Virus record (IMG/VR): IMGVR_UViG_3300043395_001804
Span: 1-56,043 of that record
DNA length: 56,043 bases
Strand: one strand, 5' to 3'
Origin: a virus
Taxonomy: Duplodnaviria > Caudoviricetes
Part shown: piece by piece, positions 9,348 to 18,879 of the stretch
How the letters are laid out: the number at the start of each line of letters is the position of its first letter
Position numbering within the stretch: position 1 is the stretch's first letter
The notes under the pieces: model-generated
What the model saw: the letters and a program-made list of their open reading frames with translations, nothing else
What the model was told of the DNA's origin: nothing
Database searches by the model: none
Program-made: the position numbers and the translations under genes

Positions 9348-9737
9348 CTATTCACCTGCTTTGTCTTTGCGTTCCAGTGCGTCTTTGTCACTGTATTGAG
9401 TTGGGTATCGCTTCTCAAGTTTGCTGATGTTCTTGATAAGGATGAACTCTCTGGTCAAGTCAATTTCTTGACGAAGCATTTCCATGTAGAACTCAAGATC
9501 GCCAAGTTCTTCAACGATGTTATCGATATCAAGTTCTTTGTTGTAGATTGTTGTTTTCTTGATTGAATCAAGAAGTTCACCAGCTTCACCACAAATACCC
9601 ATAACTGCATGGATAAGCCCTGCTTTGGAAGCGTTGAACAGTGTAACGATTTCAGATGGTGATTTGGTTCGTGACTTTACGAACTTGGAGTACTTGTCAT
9701 CTAAGTTTGAACTGAATTGTTGTGACTCGTTTTTCAT
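9348..9737 (-). CDS. MazG-like nucleotide pyrophosphohydrolase
   Basis: GICGEAGELLD...IVEELGDLEFY...NISKLEKRYP. Confidence 0.85.
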   Translation of the reverse strand: MKNESQQFSSNLDDKYSKFVKSRTKSPSEIVTLFNASKAGLIHAVMGICGEAGELLDSIKKTTIYNKELDIDNIVEELGDLEFYMEMLRQEIDLTREFILIKNISKLEKRYPTQYSDKDALERKDKAGE

Positions 9738-9773
9738 TTGTTTATCGATGTTAGAGTTGTAGTCAACTAATAC

Positions 9774-10052
9774 TTAGCAGTCCCATTTACGTAGGGATTT
9801 ATTGATTCTGCTATTCGGATCTCTTGCAGTCTTGGGAGAAGTAAGCTTTGACTTCATACCTTTCATCCGACTACAGAACTTTTTTCGGCGGCCTGCGTCT
9901 GCTTTGGACTTCTTGGCTTGTTCCTTGCTTACGGGAGGTTTCAGGTTGGAACCTGGGTTCTCTCGTTCGTAGGACTTTCTGCCTTTTTCGTTCAGTCCTC
10001 CAGCGGCATTCTTGCCTTCTTTGCGTTGCCATGCGGCTGATTTTTTTGGCAT
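9774..10052 (-). CDS. small basic conserved phage protein
   Basis: AWQRKEGKN..GGLN.KGR.SY...RRKKFC.RM...SRINKSLRKWDC pattern familiar from many phages. Confidence 0.7.
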   Translation of the reverse strand: MPKKSAAWQRKEGKNAAGGLNEKGRKSYERENPGSNLKPPVSKEQAKKSKADAGRRKKFCSRMKGMKSKLTSPKTARDPNSRINKSLRKWDC

Positions 10053-10109
10053 GATGACTTAACTTTCTTGGGTTGTTGTTTGGTCTTCGAATGTTTGCAT
10101 CCACAAGAC

Positions 10110-10241
10110 TTACTTGCTTTTGCTTTTCGCTTTTCCATTTGATTTGCTCTTTGGTTTGGGTGATGCTTTCTTGCAACTATCGGGACTGTAGGGCTTCTTA
10201 CCCTTTACAGGCTCGTAGCCTTTCCAACATCGGTTCTTCAT
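10110..10241 (-). CDS. small basic protein, 43 aa (not in ORF track)
   Basis: MKNRCWKGYEPVKGKKPYSPDSCKK...; start overlaps upstream stop (ATGA). Confidence 0.6.
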   Translation of the reverse strand: MKNRCWKGYEPVKGKKPYSPDSCKKASPKPKSKSNGKAKSKSK

Positions 10242-10717
10242 CGAGACTTGCCTTTCTTTGCTTTGGCTTTGGCGTTGCCTTTGCTCATTCCTGCTTGGTT
10301 CATGGCAATTGCAACTGCTTGGTTCTGTGGTTTTCCTTTCTTCATTTCCTTACGGATGTTCTTGGAGATTTCCGCACGTGATTTTCCTGGTTCTAGTGGC
10401 ATCGTTCGATCCCTTTTGAATGGAGGTAAGTAGATTGTAACTGGCGTAGCTTTAATGTCAAGTAGCGATTTTCTAATCGCACTTCTGACAAATAGAAGTA
10501 GAAGACGGTCGTGTATCAAGTGTCCGTACTCTATGTATTCGGACGTACATTTGATAGCATGTACTACCGAGTCTATGTAGCGAATAGTTAGCTCTGGGCC
10601 TAACTGGTTTATCGTATGTACTACGCTACAGCAAGGACTATTCTGACTTTTGATTTCAATGAACCGACCGAGCGATTCTGCTAATTTAGTCCCTAAGTCT
10701 CTGTTATGATTTAACAT
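10238..10717 (-). CDS. hypothetical protein; C-terminal 54 aa (from ATG 10402) resemble a stand-alone small basic phage protein
   Basis: N-part LGTKLAESL...PCC...NQLGPE; C-part MPLEPGKSRAEISKNIRKEMKKGKPQNQAVAIAM. Confidence 0.55.
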   Translation of the reverse strand: MLNHNRDLGTKLAESLGRFIEIKSQNSPCCSVVHTINQLGPELTIRYIDSVVHAIKCTSEYIEYGHLIHDRLLLLFVRSAIRKSLLDIKATPVTIYLPPFKRDRTMPLEPGKSRAEISKNIRKEMKKGKPQNQAVAIAMNQAGMSKGNAKAKAKKGKSR

Positions 10718-11843
10718 TATTCTTTTCCATCTTTTGCTTAGTTGACAATGTTGCGTTGTCTATTCCTACGTTGTATCGGTATTTTAGTATTGCTTCTTTT
10801 TGTGCTTCATCATGGTATGGATGGTTAAGTCTCCATAGCTCCCAGTCTTCTCCAGCATTGTAGTGCTCGTAAATCATATCCCATCCAATTTGTAGAGCTT
10901 CGTTCTTCCAATTGATTTCATGCGTCTTATGAAAGAATAGAGGTTCTCCGAACCATTTCAATTCTACGTTCATTCGCCCTAAATGCCAAGGTATCCAATA
11001 GTCAAACATTGGTTGACCAATAGCGAAGTCTAAGTTCGGAAACTTTCCACAAAGTTCTTCTGGAAGAAGAAAAGCATCAATACCCCATCTTTCTATATCT
11101 CCATCCATTGGAGTGTCAATGAAGTTTCTTCGAATGCCAAGTGCAGGTGCTTGAGACATAAAAGAGTCTATTGGATGGTATATCTTTATGTCTGAGTTAA
11201 TTATTAGTTTGAAAGGTGTAGATACTTTAGCTGTGAGTAGGCTATGTATCTTTGGTGTTTGCTTATGGTAACGTAATGACGGTTCGCCTAGTTGAAATTC
11301 TACGTCTTTGAATATAGGCTTTAGTTGTTCAATTTCAGTATCTAGGTTTACTGATACTACATTAAAGCCACTACGTTGCCATGAGTTTAGACAATCTAGT
11401 TGAATATCTATGTTCGAATTATAGAACGATGTTACTATAGTAGCATCTCGTGACTTAGATACGATGTTGTCTTTTAAGTCTGGTCGCCAATAGAATAGTG
11501 CTTCATCTAAAGACCATGTAGGCTTTTGCAGCTTTAGGTTCACGAAGTTATGCAGTTCCCAACTCCAAGTGAAGTCTTCTAGTTCACCTAAGAATTTAGG
11601 TTGAACACTTTGTTTGAAGAACTGATAACCACTTGGGCAATTACACGATTTAGGAATGGTTGTTTCCCATTCGGCTAGCCATTCAGGAGTAAGTCTACGT
11701 TTAGTATGTAGTTTCTTCCAAGCAAGTCTACCAGATACTACAGTGGTATCGATGGTATTTTCATGCTGGACTATTGGGGTTGTTGTTAGCGATTTTTCGT
11801 TATGTTCTGAAGTTATCCAGAACAAAGGATGTTCAATGTCCAT
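10704..11843 (-). CDS. Erv1/Alr-like thiol oxidase domain fused to glycosyltransferase-like domain
   Basis: WKKLH...IPKSCNC...WSWELHNFVNLKLQKP (Erv pattern W..LH, Cys pair, HNxVN..L.KP); C-part INSDI...GIDAF...FDYW...FFH. Confidence 0.55.
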   Translation of the reverse strand: MDIEHPLFWITSEHNEKSLTTTPIVQHENTIDTTVVSGRLAWKKLHTKRRLTPEWLAEWETTIPKSCNCPSGYQFFKQSVQPKFLGELEDFTWSWELHNFVNLKLQKPTWSLDEALFYWRPDLKDNIVSKSRDATIVTSFYNSNIDIQLDCLNSWQRSGFNVVSVNLDTEIEQLKPIFKDVEFQLGEPSLRYHKQTPKIHSLLTAKVSTPFKLIINSDIKIYHPIDSFMSQAPALGIRRNFIDTPMDGDIERWGIDAFLLPEELCGKFPNLDFAIGQPMFDYWIPWHLGRMNVELKWFGEPLFFHKTHEINWKNEALQIGWDMIYEHYNAGEDWELWRLNHPYHDEAQKEAILKYRYNVGIDNATLSTKQKMEKNNVKS

Positions 11844-13048
11844 GTATCGTTTAACTCACCAAAGAGTAAAGTATGATTTTCTAAAGGCCGTACTAAATTC
11901 TTTCCCCTGTTTCTTTCGGTTATTTCAGAATAAAGACATTGGCCTATATCTACGTCATCTTCTGTAGTACAGTTTCCTATACTTGATCCGGTCAAATTTC
12001 CGAATCCAGGAAAGTCTGCTGGCGGGGATATCCAAGTACCATACGCTGGAGTTTCTTCAAACGTACCTCTACAGTTGCTCCATGCACTACAATTATAGTC
12101 TTGTAGTTCTACATAATCGTAGTATGCCAAGTCTGGATAGTCTCTATTTTTTCCACAGCATAAATCTTGGGTTCCTGGGAATAGACCTGAATTAAGTTCA
12201 GGGCCAAGCGTTACTGTAAATGGAACATTGTTACAGGATACGCTTTCAATGTTTGGAATGAACTTTGATCTCTGAATGCAGCGTACTCCATTTGGTATAT
12301 TAGGATCTTCATCTGGGTTTCCTTCTGTCCATACTGGATCTGGACACGATGGTACTGACGGGTAGGGTTCGGTTGAGTAATCCGATCCTGGCGTAAATGA
12401 GCCTCCCCCTGGTTGGCACACAGAACAAGCTCTTTCAACGTCTTGAGGTTCGCCACCTACAGGGTAAGTGATACAAGGTACTGAAAAGTAATTTATTTTT
12501 CCGTACCTATACTGGCATCTATTTTCTCTGTACTCAAAAAATCTTTGGTAAGTAAGACGAACATTTACGTCTATGCCGCATATAGTTTCTCCATAAACTA
12601 TTCTCTTACCTTGGCGTATATCTACTTCGAGATTCAAGTAACGAATAGCTGCTTTATAGCATCTTGATGCTACATATACACCGTTTCCCTCTATTCTGGA
12701 TAGAAGATAAGGAACAGGGTCGCTTCCTGGTACTTGGCAACAATAGTATTTGTCTGCTTTGATTTTGTCCCATAATCGTTCTTTCTCTTCCCAGGTACGT
12801 GTAAACGTATGGCCTACAGAGTTTGATAGATCAATTGGAGCACAACCAGATAGCCCACAGAATTCCAGATTATTAACTGTGCCGGGATTTCTGGAGTAAG
12901 AGATAGGAAATACTAAAGATTCTGCTGGATGGTTTCCAGTTATCGAAAGAGTTGTTGCACAAGGGGTCTTACCAAAACAGATGCAACCACAACCAACGGT
13001 TAGATCGTTACAACAGTCTTTACAACAAGTACAAGGATACCAACCCAT
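11813..13048 (-). CDS. cysteine-rich putative virion/tail protein
   Basis: About 29 Cys in 411 aa, N-terminus PCTCCKDCC; follows tail genes. Confidence 0.55.
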   Translation of the reverse strand: MGWYPCTCCKDCCNDLTVGCGCICFGKTPCATTLSITGNHPAESLVFPISYSRNPGTVNNLEFCGLSGCAPIDLSNSVGHTFTRTWEEKERLWDKIKADKYYCCQVPGSDPVPYLLSRIEGNGVYVASRCYKAAIRYLNLEVDIRQGKRIVYGETICGIDVNVRLTYQRFFEYRENRCQYRYGKINYFSVPCITYPVGGEPQDVERACSVCQPGGGSFTPGSDYSTEPYPSVPSCPDPVWTEGNPDEDPNIPNGVRCIQRSKFIPNIESVSCNNVPFTVTLGPELNSGLFPGTQDLCCGKNRDYPDLAYYDYVELQDYNCSAWSNCRGTFEETPAYGTWISPPADFPGFGNLTGSSIGNCTTEDDVDIGQCLYSEITERNRGKNLVRPLENHTLLFGELNDTWTLNILCSG

Positions 13049-13053
13049 AGTTA

Positions 13054-14583
13054 TTACTCGCAGTAAGGATTACCGTTACAGGTTTGACCAGAAGTCCAAG
13101 TACCACCGATCTTTTGACACGCTAACTGAGTTGTTTCTATGCAGTAACTTCTGGTAGGGCCGTTTTCGATTTTAAGTGATACACAGCATTTGCCTTGGGT
13201 TACTATAACTGCACCGCTTGGTGGGCATTCAGATTGAAGAATATGAAATCTACAATTTGATGCTTCTCTACTAACTAGGACTACCATTCCTGTTTTAGCT
13301 TCAGTGAATATCCCTGTTCTATCGAATACCGATGTAGATATTTCGACTAGCTTTCCATCCATGTTTAAGATTACCGCATTTGCCCCGTACTCTCCAGGTA
13401 TGTTAGTAGAAGCCATATTCGTTAGCAATACTGCTTTGTAGACTTTATCTGTTCCAGCTAAAGCATGTAACCATGATTGAGAGCTAGGCATTTCCCAAGG
13501 GATCGAACGTAGTCTAGTTCGAAGGCCGTACAGATTACTCTGGAAGTAGTAAGTAATCGATTGAATATCGTTAGTGATGCTGTCTGGTATTAAACCTTGA
13601 TATGTAACGTCGATTACTCTGAGTAGCCGAGTCTTGGCGTTAGGTTCAATATCAGTTGCGAATGAATTGACTTCTTCATCGCCGGAACCTGAATCTAGGT
13701 CTTCCGCTATATGATTGATAAGTGCGTATGGAACTACTACTTTGATATTTTGAATATCAGTGTTTGCGTTGATCGTCGATTTGTAAATGTTGTCCGAGAG
13801 TGTTATTGCTTTTGGTTCAGATTCGTAATACTTAGTTTTGCATGAACCAAATGGTACGCTATCATCCATTGCTTCGCAGTCTCTATCGTCTTTAATAACT
13901 ACTTTATAGCTTAAAGCTTTAGCTAGACTGAATGACTTATTGTAGAGTAATTGAGAGTTACTTGGAAAAGTGAATTTCGCGTCGGTCAGCTTTGGCAACG
14001 ATTCTCCTGGAGGGAGAAATACAGTAAAGAAGTTAGACGCTGCGATGTACGCTAAGTACTCGATTAGTGGTACGTCTGAAATTACGTGCTGATTAAAGAT
14101 TTGAGGAATACGGAGTTTTGGGTTCTCGTCTTTGAACTCGCTTACTAAGTCTGAGTAAGTTTGGTACTGCTTATAGACTCGGTTGTGCTTGTGGTACTTA
14201 CTTGCTGTATGCTCTAGTTCAATTATAAGAATGCGAGAGCCATCCTGACCTGATACGCCAGTTGGGTAGATCGGAGACATAATTACAGCGGTACTAATTA
14301 TGTCTAAGTTAGCAAACTCTTTAATATTGTTGCTGTCTTCGATTATGAGTTTAGCTTTTCGGTTATCGGTGTTTGGTGTTCCGATAATCTCGATCCATTC
14401 TTTTTCCGATACTAGAAACTTGCCGTAGCTTCGATTAGGAAATGCTTGCCAAGTGAAGAAGTTTACGTCTTCAAGAGCGATACCGATACGTGCAAGATGC
14501 TCGGCTAGGTACGTGTGGTCTTTGACTTGAATGTACTTAGTTGCTTGAGCAGGTCTAGTATCGGTTATCGCTATCTTGAACAC
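13054..14583 (-). CDS. putative tail/baseplate protein with C-terminal Cys-rich repeat
   Basis: C-terminal GKCC...C.ETTQLAC..IGGTW.SGQTC...PYC motif; structural region. Confidence 0.5.
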   Translation of the reverse strand: MFKIAITDTRPAQATKYIQVKDHTYLAEHLARIGIALEDVNFFTWQAFPNRSYGKFLVSEKEWIEIIGTPNTDNRKAKLIIEDSNNIKEFANLDIISTAVIMSPIYPTGVSGQDGSRILIIELEHTASKYHKHNRVYKQYQTYSDLVSEFKDENPKLRIPQIFNQHVISDVPLIEYLAYIAASNFFTVFLPPGESLPKLTDAKFTFPSNSQLLYNKSFSLAKALSYKVVIKDDRDCEAMDDSVPFGSCKTKYYESEPKAITLSDNIYKSTINANTDIQNIKVVVPYALINHIAEDLDSGSGDEEVNSFATDIEPNAKTRLLRVIDVTYQGLIPDSITNDIQSITYYFQSNLYGLRTRLRSIPWEMPSSQSWLHALAGTDKVYKAVLLTNMASTNIPGEYGANAVILNMDGKLVEISTSVFDRTGIFTEAKTGMVVLVSREASNCRFHILQSECPPSGAVIVTQGKCCVSLKIENGPTRSYCIETTQLACQKIGGTWTSGQTCNGNPYCE

Positions 14584-14611
14584 GGTATACCTCTGTGCAA
14601 TGTGGAATTTA

Positions 14612-15886
14612 TTAGACGGTTAAGCCGGTGTCTTCTTCAGTCTGACTTACTAGGTCTGTAGTTCCGCCTTTAGGTATTTGATTGATGTTCTGTTCGATCT
14701 CTGCATCCTCAAGAGATACACGTTCAACAGAGTATTTGGTTGTCTGGAAATTTACCAGTACTAGGTATTTGAGTACTTGAATATCAAAGTCGTAAATGAC
14801 TTCATCGGAAAGATGGGCTAGAGTACTGTAGTAGAGCATCATAGGAACTTTACGTCCTGTTGCTGAACCCATAGTGTTATCGCCTTGGGATTCTGCTACT
14901 TCAGGAGGAATGCCTAGAGCTTCTAGGATTTCGTATCGAAGCTCTCTTGGGTACTCCATAAGACCATTTGGAGTGATGTTCGCTGCTGGTGGAGTGTAGG
15001 CCCACTTCTGTTGACCTGATGAAGCGTTAATGTCATCTGGGAAGACTCTGTAGCCACCAGTACGGAGATTAGACATCATACGTACTGCTAGATCGAGATT
15101 ATCGATTTCAGTAGTGCCTACTTTGGTTTTGCCGATTGGGTAACGCATTTCGCCACCATCAAAGGCATTCTTGATAAACCATGTACGTCGAATGTCTCTA
15201 GCTCCATAGCATACGTAGGATTCGTGCCAAGGAATGCTACACCATTCAAGACGAGATTGGCCGTAGGTACTGTTGTGTTTACGGTTATGCAAGTGCCACA
15301 GTACTTTGGGGAACAGAAGGTCTTTCCCGTTTGGATGATCTACGATGCCTTTGATATGAGCACCGACTAGCTTTTGATCTAAGAAGAGTGGACGTACTGA
15401 GTCAGTTGAGTAAAGCTTTAAGTAGTCGTACTGTACTTGCTTTTCTTCATTGACTTTGTAGACAACTTGGTTACATGAGAAGCCCCATTCGATACAGGTT
15501 AGGGCTTCATCGAGTCCACGAGTCCAGAAGCGTTTCAGAGTTTTTAGAATGAACTCTTCAACTTTGGGATCATCAGCGGATACTTTATACATGAAGTTAG
15601 CACCATTGGCTTTTAACAAGTCAATAAGTGCTGGACTCTTACTTTTCTCTGCTGACATAAAGACAGTGTTGTATTGAATTGGGCCTTTGAGCATTTGAAG
15701 GCCGAATCGAATACGTCCATCCCGCATCATTACTGGGATCGTAGTACGGTTGAACATCGGAATGTTATGGCCGTACTGAGGATCGTACAAGGGCAATGGA
15801 GAGTTGTTTGCAATCGTATCAATAGGATTGCTCGCATAGGTGCTGAGCATCTGTTGGACGTTTGATGTTGGCTTTCTATGCGACAT
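14612..15886 (-). CDS. portal protein (DUF935/Mu gp29-like)
   Basis: 424 aa; WGFSCNQVVY, YGQSRLEWCSIPW, EILEALGIP, GSATG patterns typical of this portal family. Confidence 0.7.
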   Translation of the reverse strand: MSHRKPTSNVQQMLSTYASNPIDTIANNSPLPLYDPQYGHNIPMFNRTTIPVMMRDGRIRFGLQMLKGPIQYNTVFMSAEKSKSPALIDLLKANGANFMYKVSADDPKVEEFILKTLKRFWTRGLDEALTCIEWGFSCNQVVYKVNEEKQVQYDYLKLYSTDSVRPLFLDQKLVGAHIKGIVDHPNGKDLLFPKVLWHLHNRKHNSTYGQSRLEWCSIPWHESYVCYGARDIRRTWFIKNAFDGGEMRYPIGKTKVGTTEIDNLDLAVRMMSNLRTGGYRVFPDDINASSGQQKWAYTPPAANITPNGLMEYPRELRYEILEALGIPPEVAESQGDNTMGSATGRKVPMMLYYSTLAHLSDEVIYDFDIQVLKYLVLVNFQTTKYSVERVSLEDAEIEQNINQIPKGGTTDLVSQTEEDTGLTV

Positions 15887-15888
15887 AA

Positions 15889-16403
15889 CTATTTGTTCCT
15901 ACTGTTATCGATTGTTTCTTGCATCATCCATCTATCTTGAATCCGTAACGCTGCTTTGTGGTCTTCGAAGGCTGTGTAGTGGATTGCGTAAATGTTAGAA
16001 GCACTGATTACTTCTAACTCTTGTAATCGTTCCCTAGCCTGAAGCATCGGCATCACAAGACTGAGAAGCCTTAGTTGTCTTGCTCCCCATCCTGCGGGGA
16101 GTCCATAGAATCTGACGGACTCAGCGATGGGTAAGACTTTTTTTTGATGTCTACCAACATATCGTTGGCTTGAGCATAGAGAGCTAGAGCAACGGATTTG
16201 TGCTTGATGCCGAATCCGTACTTAGACTCTAGCTTGTCTACAACTAAGTCCCAGAAGTCGTCTAAGCCAAGCTTCTCGGATTCGTTGATTGCGTTTTGAC
16301 GAATGAGTACAACGTCAAGACAATCAACCTTGCCAAGAACTTTGTCACCGTCCTTGACTACGATTTCGCATTCTTCATCTGTTGGTAATTGGAATTCTGC
16401 CAT
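15889..16403 (-). CDS. tail assembly chaperone pair: 110-aa product (16071..16403) and about 171-aa -1 frameshift product ending at 15889
   Basis: Slippery A AAA AAG at 16143-16137; -1 frame open for 82 codons to TAG at 15891-15889, filling the gap up to the portal start. Confidence 0.75.
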
Positions 16404-16436
16404 CGCTAAACCTTTTTCTGGAAAGAGGAAAAGAAA

Positions 16437-18851
16437 CTATGCGTAGTAATTTGCTCTATTGGCTTCAAATGAAATGTTAGCACAAGACGGATCACCTTTC
16501 AAGGCATAGGTAATGTCCCAAACTCCACGGAAGATCGGTAAGTCTGCGGATTTTCCTACTTGATAGCAAGTGTAGTTGCCTTCTCCGACTCTGTAAGCTT
16601 GTATTGTAATTGCTCCACCACCAGAGCCAGTACCGGCGTTTCTACAACCTACTAGGGTTGGACAGGGTACTGGATATCCGACTCGTAGAGCTTGGCCTGT
16701 AAATTGTACATAAGTAGTAACATTTCCGAATACTTGTACGTCACTGTATTCGTAGCCCGATGTTGTTGGCTCTGCATTGTTGTTACCGTTGATGTTGAAT
16801 ACTCTAGCATCCCTGCTTGTAGTTGCTGGTACAGCGGTTGTAGCTCTACTAGCAATAAGCTGCGGTTGAATGCTTGGGAATAGTACGCTGTTCTCATTAC
16901 GTCTTAGTTTGAACTTGGTGTCGTAGGATATCCAGGTTTGAGAAGGATTGACGTTCTTCAGATACGTAGAGTCGTTAGTTGGATCGTAAGACTTGTATGG
17001 TGACGTACTAAAATTTGATGTTGGCAATCCAGGTACGTCTTTCAAAGGAGCGTTACCACCCCATGCCTGATCTATGTTTTCTGGAAAGGGAAAGTTAAGA
17101 TTGCCGAATGTTTCCAAGTGAGCATTACGTCTGCGTTCAGCAAGTGTATGTGTGTTAGCTGAGTCAACATTATCGTAATCGAATGTAGCATTTGAGGATA
17201 CGATACTGCGTTCAGGGTTACGTGGGCCTGCATCATTTGAGAATCTATTTGGATTCCAACCATCGTAAGGGTTGAATACCATATCGTACCCAGGTAGTAG
17301 AGGGCCTCGATAACCAAATACATTCTGGGCATTAGCCATGTATTCGCGTGAGATACCCCATTGATTGCCGTAGCTTTGAGGTATTGCGTTGAATACGTGT
17401 TGCTGATTCGCTACTGTTATTGGCACTTTGCCTAAGTCTGCTGGCAGTACTTGGCCGTTCCATGCAATTGAGACTGGATAGAACAATCCAGTACTTACAA
17501 ACAAAGCGTTCAAGTTGGTAATTACTAGGTACTTGAGTGTGAATGAACATTCACGATTGTAAATGTTTTCTTTGATTGAAATGTTATGCAATAAGTGTCT
17601 ACGTTCTGCTCCCGTAGCTGCTACGTCTTGAATAGCTCCACTTAGAGCATCTTTGGTCTTTAGATTGACTTCATTTTGAAATGGAAGAGTACCGGCCATA
17701 CGTTGACGACATATCGTCATCATTGCTAACCATGCCCATCCTTTCCATACACCAGGACGTACAGTGAATGTACCTTCGAATACGTTGTTCCATGTTAAGA
17801 ATCCAGAGCCTTCGAATACATCGCCACCGAGTAAGCTAGACGATACTGAGTGCGATACGTCTGCTTTGAGGATGTTTGGAAGTATTGGGTTGTCGCTCTT
17901 AATTTCTCTATCGACGATTGTGTATTCGATAGATCGTTTGTTCTTCTTGAATTTGTACTTTTGAGTACGAGTAAAGCCAAGTGGGTGTAGAGGCTCAAAG
18001 TAGTGTGTAAGTACTTGAAGCAATCTTGGAATTGCAGTTGGAGATTCTTTTAAGCGATTGACTAGAGCACCTGTACCTACAAACTCTAGTTCGCCTGTTA
18101 GGGTCATAACGGCTGTACCGTCTTCGTCTATTTCGAACTCTTGTTCTTCAGTATGAGATAGTAAGTAGTTACTTACTTGACCACCTGAGTTACTTTGTTC
18201 GGGTGCAATATCGAAGATAGTATTTATGTAGTTGTTGACAATATCTGTGATTGTCTGAGCACCTGCATAAACTCTAGTTTGTCCTGTAAGTGCTCCTTGT
18301 TCTACAGTTCTTCCACCAAGATTGTTAGAAGTTTGTTGTTCTTGTTCTGGATTATCGAAACTGCCTGATTTGGTTTTGACTGGGCCTGTAGCGATGTTGA
18401 ATACGCATCGCCATTTGCATCGTACTGCGTTGTTGCCAGCTAAAGGTTCCCATGTAAGGACTTCGGGGAATGGGCCTTCGAAGATATTGAATGGTACGTG
18501 TCGTAGAGCGTTATTTACTCCAACTGTGTTGGTTACTGCTCTACCAATTATGTTCATTTCTGTACCCATACCGTGGTAGTACAGTTTCAGTTCTTTGTTC
18601 GGTGCTTGAAGTTCTTCATGGATTTTGTCCATTTGCTTATCAACACCAGTGTACAGAGGATCAGTGACGGTTACTGTCTCTGTAGTGATGATGAAGTCTA
18701 CTTCTAGTGTACATCTTACGTACTTAACTACTAGATTGTCTTCAGTGTAGACGTTCTGTTTGTTAAGTGTTACTTTTGAAAATGCGTGAAATAAGTAGTT
18801 ACCGTATTTGACTTGTTCGTATCGACATACTGGTTGTGGTTCATCTGGCAT
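16437..18851 (-). CDS. putative minor tail protein
   Basis: 804 aa directly downstream of tape-measure-like gene. Confidence 0.55.
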   Translation of the reverse strand: MPDEPQPVCRYEQVKYGNYLFHAFSKVTLNKQNVYTEDNLVVKYVRCTLEVDFIITTETVTVTDPLYTGVDKQMDKIHEELQAPNKELKLYYHGMGTEMNIIGRAVTNTVGVNNALRHVPFNIFEGPFPEVLTWEPLAGNNAVRCKWRCVFNIATGPVKTKSGSFDNPEQEQQTSNNLGGRTVEQGALTGQTRVYAGAQTITDIVNNYINTIFDIAPEQSNSGGQVSNYLLSHTEEQEFEIDEDGTAVMTLTGELEFVGTGALVNRLKESPTAIPRLLQVLTHYFEPLHPLGFTRTQKYKFKKNKRSIEYTIVDREIKSDNPILPNILKADVSHSVSSSLLGGDVFEGSGFLTWNNVFEGTFTVRPGVWKGWAWLAMMTICRQRMAGTLPFQNEVNLKTKDALSGAIQDVAATGAERRHLLHNISIKENIYNRECSFTLKYLVITNLNALFVSTGLFYPVSIAWNGQVLPADLGKVPITVANQQHVFNAIPQSYGNQWGISREYMANAQNVFGYRGPLLPGYDMVFNPYDGWNPNRFSNDAGPRNPERSIVSSNATFDYDNVDSANTHTLAERRRNAHLETFGNLNFPFPENIDQAWGGNAPLKDVPGLPTSNFSTSPYKSYDPTNDSTYLKNVNPSQTWISYDTKFKLRRNENSVLFPSIQPQLIASRATTAVPATTSRDARVFNINGNNNAEPTTSGYEYSDVQVFGNVTTYVQFTGQALRVGYPVPCPTLVGCRNAGTGSGGGAITIQAYRVGEGNYTCYQVGKSADLPIFRGVWDITYALKGDPSCANISFEANRANYYA

Positions 18852-18879
18852 AGTATATTTACCTTAGTTGTTGAGTGTG

